Source: Camelus ferus (Eukaryota). From it: a stretch of 64,000 nt of DNA. The stretch covers positions 3,226,001 to 3,290,000 of the forward strand of contig NC_045696.1 of the NCBI RefSeq assembly GCF_009834535.1. Direction: 5' to 3'. Shown here piece by piece: positions 60,513 to 64,000 of this stretch. The notes under the pieces were generated by a model. The model was not told the origin of the DNA, did not search any database, and was given only the letters and a program-made list of their open reading frames with translations. How positions within the stretch are numbered: the stretch's first letter is position 1; every line of letters starts with the position of its first letter. The position numbers and the translations under genes were made by a program.

Positions 60513-63500
60513 CCAGCCCCTCTCGGGGCTCAGCTCGCCTGCAGGTGTGCTGCACTAGGAAGCTTAGACCAGGTAAGGGCGGGGAAGGCACCTCTCCACT
60601 GAGACAGGGTGGGCTCAGCCCCCAGGCCAGCTCGGGACACCCCGATGCAAGGCGACTGAGGAAGGGGCTGTGGGCCACCCTTCCAACTCAGCTGTCCGTT
60701 TGGTGACAGCAAGTCCAGAACTAACCTAGCACTTCACTTTATATGTTGCATTTTCTTATACATCTGTACACTGTGAACAGGAGGCGATACGGCAAAGCAA
60801 AAGGTAGAGAGTCTGGGGTCAGACTCAAGTCTGCTCTTTCCTGGCCCTGGACCCAGGACCTCACGGACCCTCTCCCAGCCGCGGCACCCTGCATCTGCAG
60901 AGTGGGACGCCCTCCCGACGCCCGCACTGAGGACCGGCCGTCTGAGCGCCCTCCCTGAGCCCGCGTGCCTGGGCTACACTGAGCATGTGGGGAAGGGTCA
61001 GCACTCTTTTGCTGAGTAAGTAACTGAACCGAGGAGATGGTGAGGCATCCAGCCAGTGCCTGGACCACTGGCGAGGAAGGATGCTCAGCGCACTGGGGCT
61101 CAAGGTGCTCTCCTCTCAGGGAAACCACCGGAGGGGGTCCCACCCTGTGGATTCAGCCTGCCCCTGGCTGCCGGCTGGCGCCGCTCTCAGGTGGGAAATG
61201 ACCTTCTGCGGGGCCCCAGGATGAGTTTTCACCTGAAAGCTTACGTCCCATTTCTTGGTCCTGAAGGTCCCTCCCCTGGGTGACCTAATCAGATTCCAGC
61301 ATCTTCCACATGAAATGTTTACATGGTTCCTTCCCTTCCCAGGTCACCCACACGGCAGCTTTAGAAGCATTTATTTCTCAAGCTGATACTCAGCAAGAGG
61401 GGGCGAGAGGGAGGCGTGGAGTGCTGTGAACATGGAGGAGGTGACAGGCTCCCGAGGTGGGGCTGGTCTGCAGACCCAGGCGCCGATGCTTCCGCGGACC
61501 AGGGGCCAGAGCCCCGCAGAGGCCCTCTCTCCCGACAAGCCCCACGCAACAGTGACACTCTCTGGACTTCCTTTTCCAGCTCCACTACGACTGGAAAGGC
61601 TACACGTCTTTCTTCCCAGGTCCCCGCCTTCCTTCCAAATGAAGAAGCGAAATCAGAGGTGAAGGCAAGGTCTGAGTCATCACATTCAGACGTTACTCAA
61701 AAGAATTAGATGTGGGAAGTCGGCCTGGTTTAAATTCCAGTGTACAAGAGACGGCACACACACCCACCTCTTAACCACACTTATGCAGGAAAACAACGTC
61801 ACTGAGTTACTTGGGTGCTCCCGTCGGCCACTGAGTAACGTGTTTTATCAACCTGTCCTACGGCAAAAAGCAGAGGGCAAATGCCTGGAGATCCAAACCG
61901 CGGTGTTTGGCCCTAAGCTGCCAAGAGTTTAGGATGAGGAAGCAGGAGCGAGGGGCAAGGGGCACTGCTGACGCCTGCAAAGTGAGGAGCGATGCAGGCA
62001 GCACCCTCGCTCAGCAAGGCCTTAGGTCTTCCTAAGCCTCGTCCTTCAGTCCTAAGCTGCAGTCCTCACTGCTCTCCAGGTGGCATCCTTGGAAAATAAC
62101 ACATTAGTCTGTACAGGGTTTCCCTTCCGGCAGCCCGCAGGCCCTCACGCCCCCCAAGATCTGCCCTTTGGGAGGCCTTAATCAGCTTCTCATCTGTTAG
62201 GGGATGAATATAACCTGGAGATTGAAATGCAGGGAGCGCGAACTCCCAGGGAGAGGATTCCTCCCACGGGTGGAGGTGTGTTTGGAAACCGGATTTTATA
62301 TCTAGAGGAATCTCACTGTTTCCTCCCGAAACTGCTGAGACAGGTGGCCGTGGGCTCAGCGGCAGAAGCGAGGCTGCCCGGGGGGCGGGACGGTCGGTCT
62401 GCGCGGGACGTCCTTCTGGGCTCACGGACCCACGGCCAGAAGGGCTCCCCTGGCAGCAGAGGCTTTCAGTGCTGGCCTCGCCTGGTGTAATTCTGGGGCA
62501 TGACCAAGGGCTTTTAGCTCCTCCCCACTCTGTATTTCACCAGGCTTCCCAGTGCACTATGTCTTACAGGCAAATCTTTCTTGAAATGGAATGAAGACTT
62601 TTTATAAAGGCTAAGTCTGACCCTGGTGAAGTAACTTAATCTGGACGGCAACGCCACAGTGGTGCAAAGTAAGCAAACATAAAATTCCATTTAAATACCT
62701 CAGCTGTGTTTACTAAAAGGGATCTGAGGGCGAGAGAGGGATCTCTCAGCATTTTCCAGTTAAGTCTGTGTGTGTGTAAAATCTGGACCTTTCTCATTCT
62801 CTTAAATGGGAAACAAAATTTCTGGACACACCAAGGAAACTCAGAATCCTTCTGGGCTGAATATGGCCTTGAAGACGGTCTCCTGCTGCTGTTTACAGAT
62901 GGGGAAGCTGAGGCTCAGGGAGGTTAATGAATCTGTCCACAAAATACGAGCTTTCATTAGGAGACCCCAATTCCCGCTTACTGGTATTCTAGAAGAGAAA
63001 GCAGTTCCCTTTTCTTCCAGAGGAACTTCTCTGGCCAAGGTCCCTTCCGCCGTGCAGTCACGCTGCCTCTGAAAGCTGAGGAGCACAGGGGCGCCCCGCC
63101 AGGAATTCAAAGGCCGTTTACCCTGCAGAGGTGCCCGCTGCTCCTGCCCGAGAGGGACTTTACTTGTGTGACCACGTGACTGGAAAGGAGTTTCCGGTCT
63201 GGAAAGACTACACTCGCCCAGCGTTGAGAAGGTGGTGCCACTGAGACGGCACGGAAACAAGACGTTGGGGGTGGAACCGCTCACGGCTCTAAGCGAATGA
63301 ACCGAATGACTGAAGGAGCAGCAGGCGCCTCCGCTGCTCCAAGTCTTCGCCGGTTTCTTGCAAAGGTCTTGGATTCTCATGAAATCTCAGCACCTTCCCT
63401 CTTAGGAAGTTAGCGCATCCTTCCTGGGCTGCACCTGCAGACCCTGCGACAGTCACACCGTCCCAGGCTTTCCCAGGCTCAGTGGAGGTAGCTGACGAGG

Positions 63501-63587
63501 GGGAGGAAATGTCTGTAAGACATCGACAAGGTTGATCTTCTAGATTTTTTTTTTTTTTTTAGGCAAAATTAAGGTGCTTGGAAAATC

Positions 63588-64000
63588 AGGAAGAAAGAAA
63601 CGATATATTTTTGCTCAAAATAAGAAGCATGGGCAAAATAAACGACTTTGAAAGGGTTGGCCAATTTCACTTCACAGCTTTTGCTGTCACTTTCAATTTT
63701 TCTGCACAGCTTAGAACACACCGTTCCGGTCCTCCTCCAGCCTGGAGCCTACCTCTGCGTCTTCCACGAGCTCTGCCTGTGAATGAGGCCAGGCCCGCGG
63801 TCGCGTCAAACCCCTCACAGCTCCCAACAAAGCGTATTATTTATCCTGCATAATTTTCTTCCACAAGTACTAAAAAGGTACAGTTTCTGAAAAGGAATGA
63901 AAGTTATCAACATTTGGCTTGAAAAATGACTTCTCGTTGGAAAAAGAGACAAACCGTAAAAAGATGAAGCTACGACAGCAACAGTCCCGGGACGGGCCGG
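63588..64000 (-). other. ABCG1: ABCG1 3' UTR, proximal part (the CDS lies beyond the window end)
   Basis: The reverse complements of gactttgaaagggttggccaat, caagtactaaaaaggta and aaaaatgacttctcgttggaaaaagagac match my recollection of the human ABCG1 3' UTR. Consistent with conserved tail-to-tail ABCG1-TFF3 synteny. Confidence 0.8.

Overview
Mammalian genomic DNA, most likely camelid, judged from four copies of a tRNA-derived SINE that matches my recollection of the vic-1 family. The window holds the complete trefoil factor cluster on the + strand. TFF1 is join(13708..13783,17400..17552,18014..18024), 79 aa. TFF2 is join(29174..29252,29856..30005,31024..31170,32011..32024), 129 aa. TFF3 is join(50595..50676,52101..52247,53344..53357), 80 aa. 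All three have GT-AG introns, FOXA+TATA promoters and poly(A) signals. The right end matches the 3' UTR of ABCG1 on the - strand. The rest is intergenic or intronic sequence with L1, ERV/MaLR LTRs, SINEs, DNA transposon remnants and microsatellites, and almost all ORFs in the supplied track are spurious. I found no new gene system that I can firmly support. The most interesting lineage-specific features are: (1) TFF1 ends directly on its free seventh cysteine through a new stop codon; (2) the position of the human TFF1 estrogen response element carries an AP-1 site instead; (3) TFF2 has a relocated N-glycosylation sequon; (4) there is a probable long alternative ABCG1 3' UTR carrying miR-33 seed sites; (5) old L1/L2 remnants have become CpG-rich; (6) an inverted pair of solo LTRs brackets the TFF1 promoter. 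Comparisons with human or other species are from memory and need checking by alignment.
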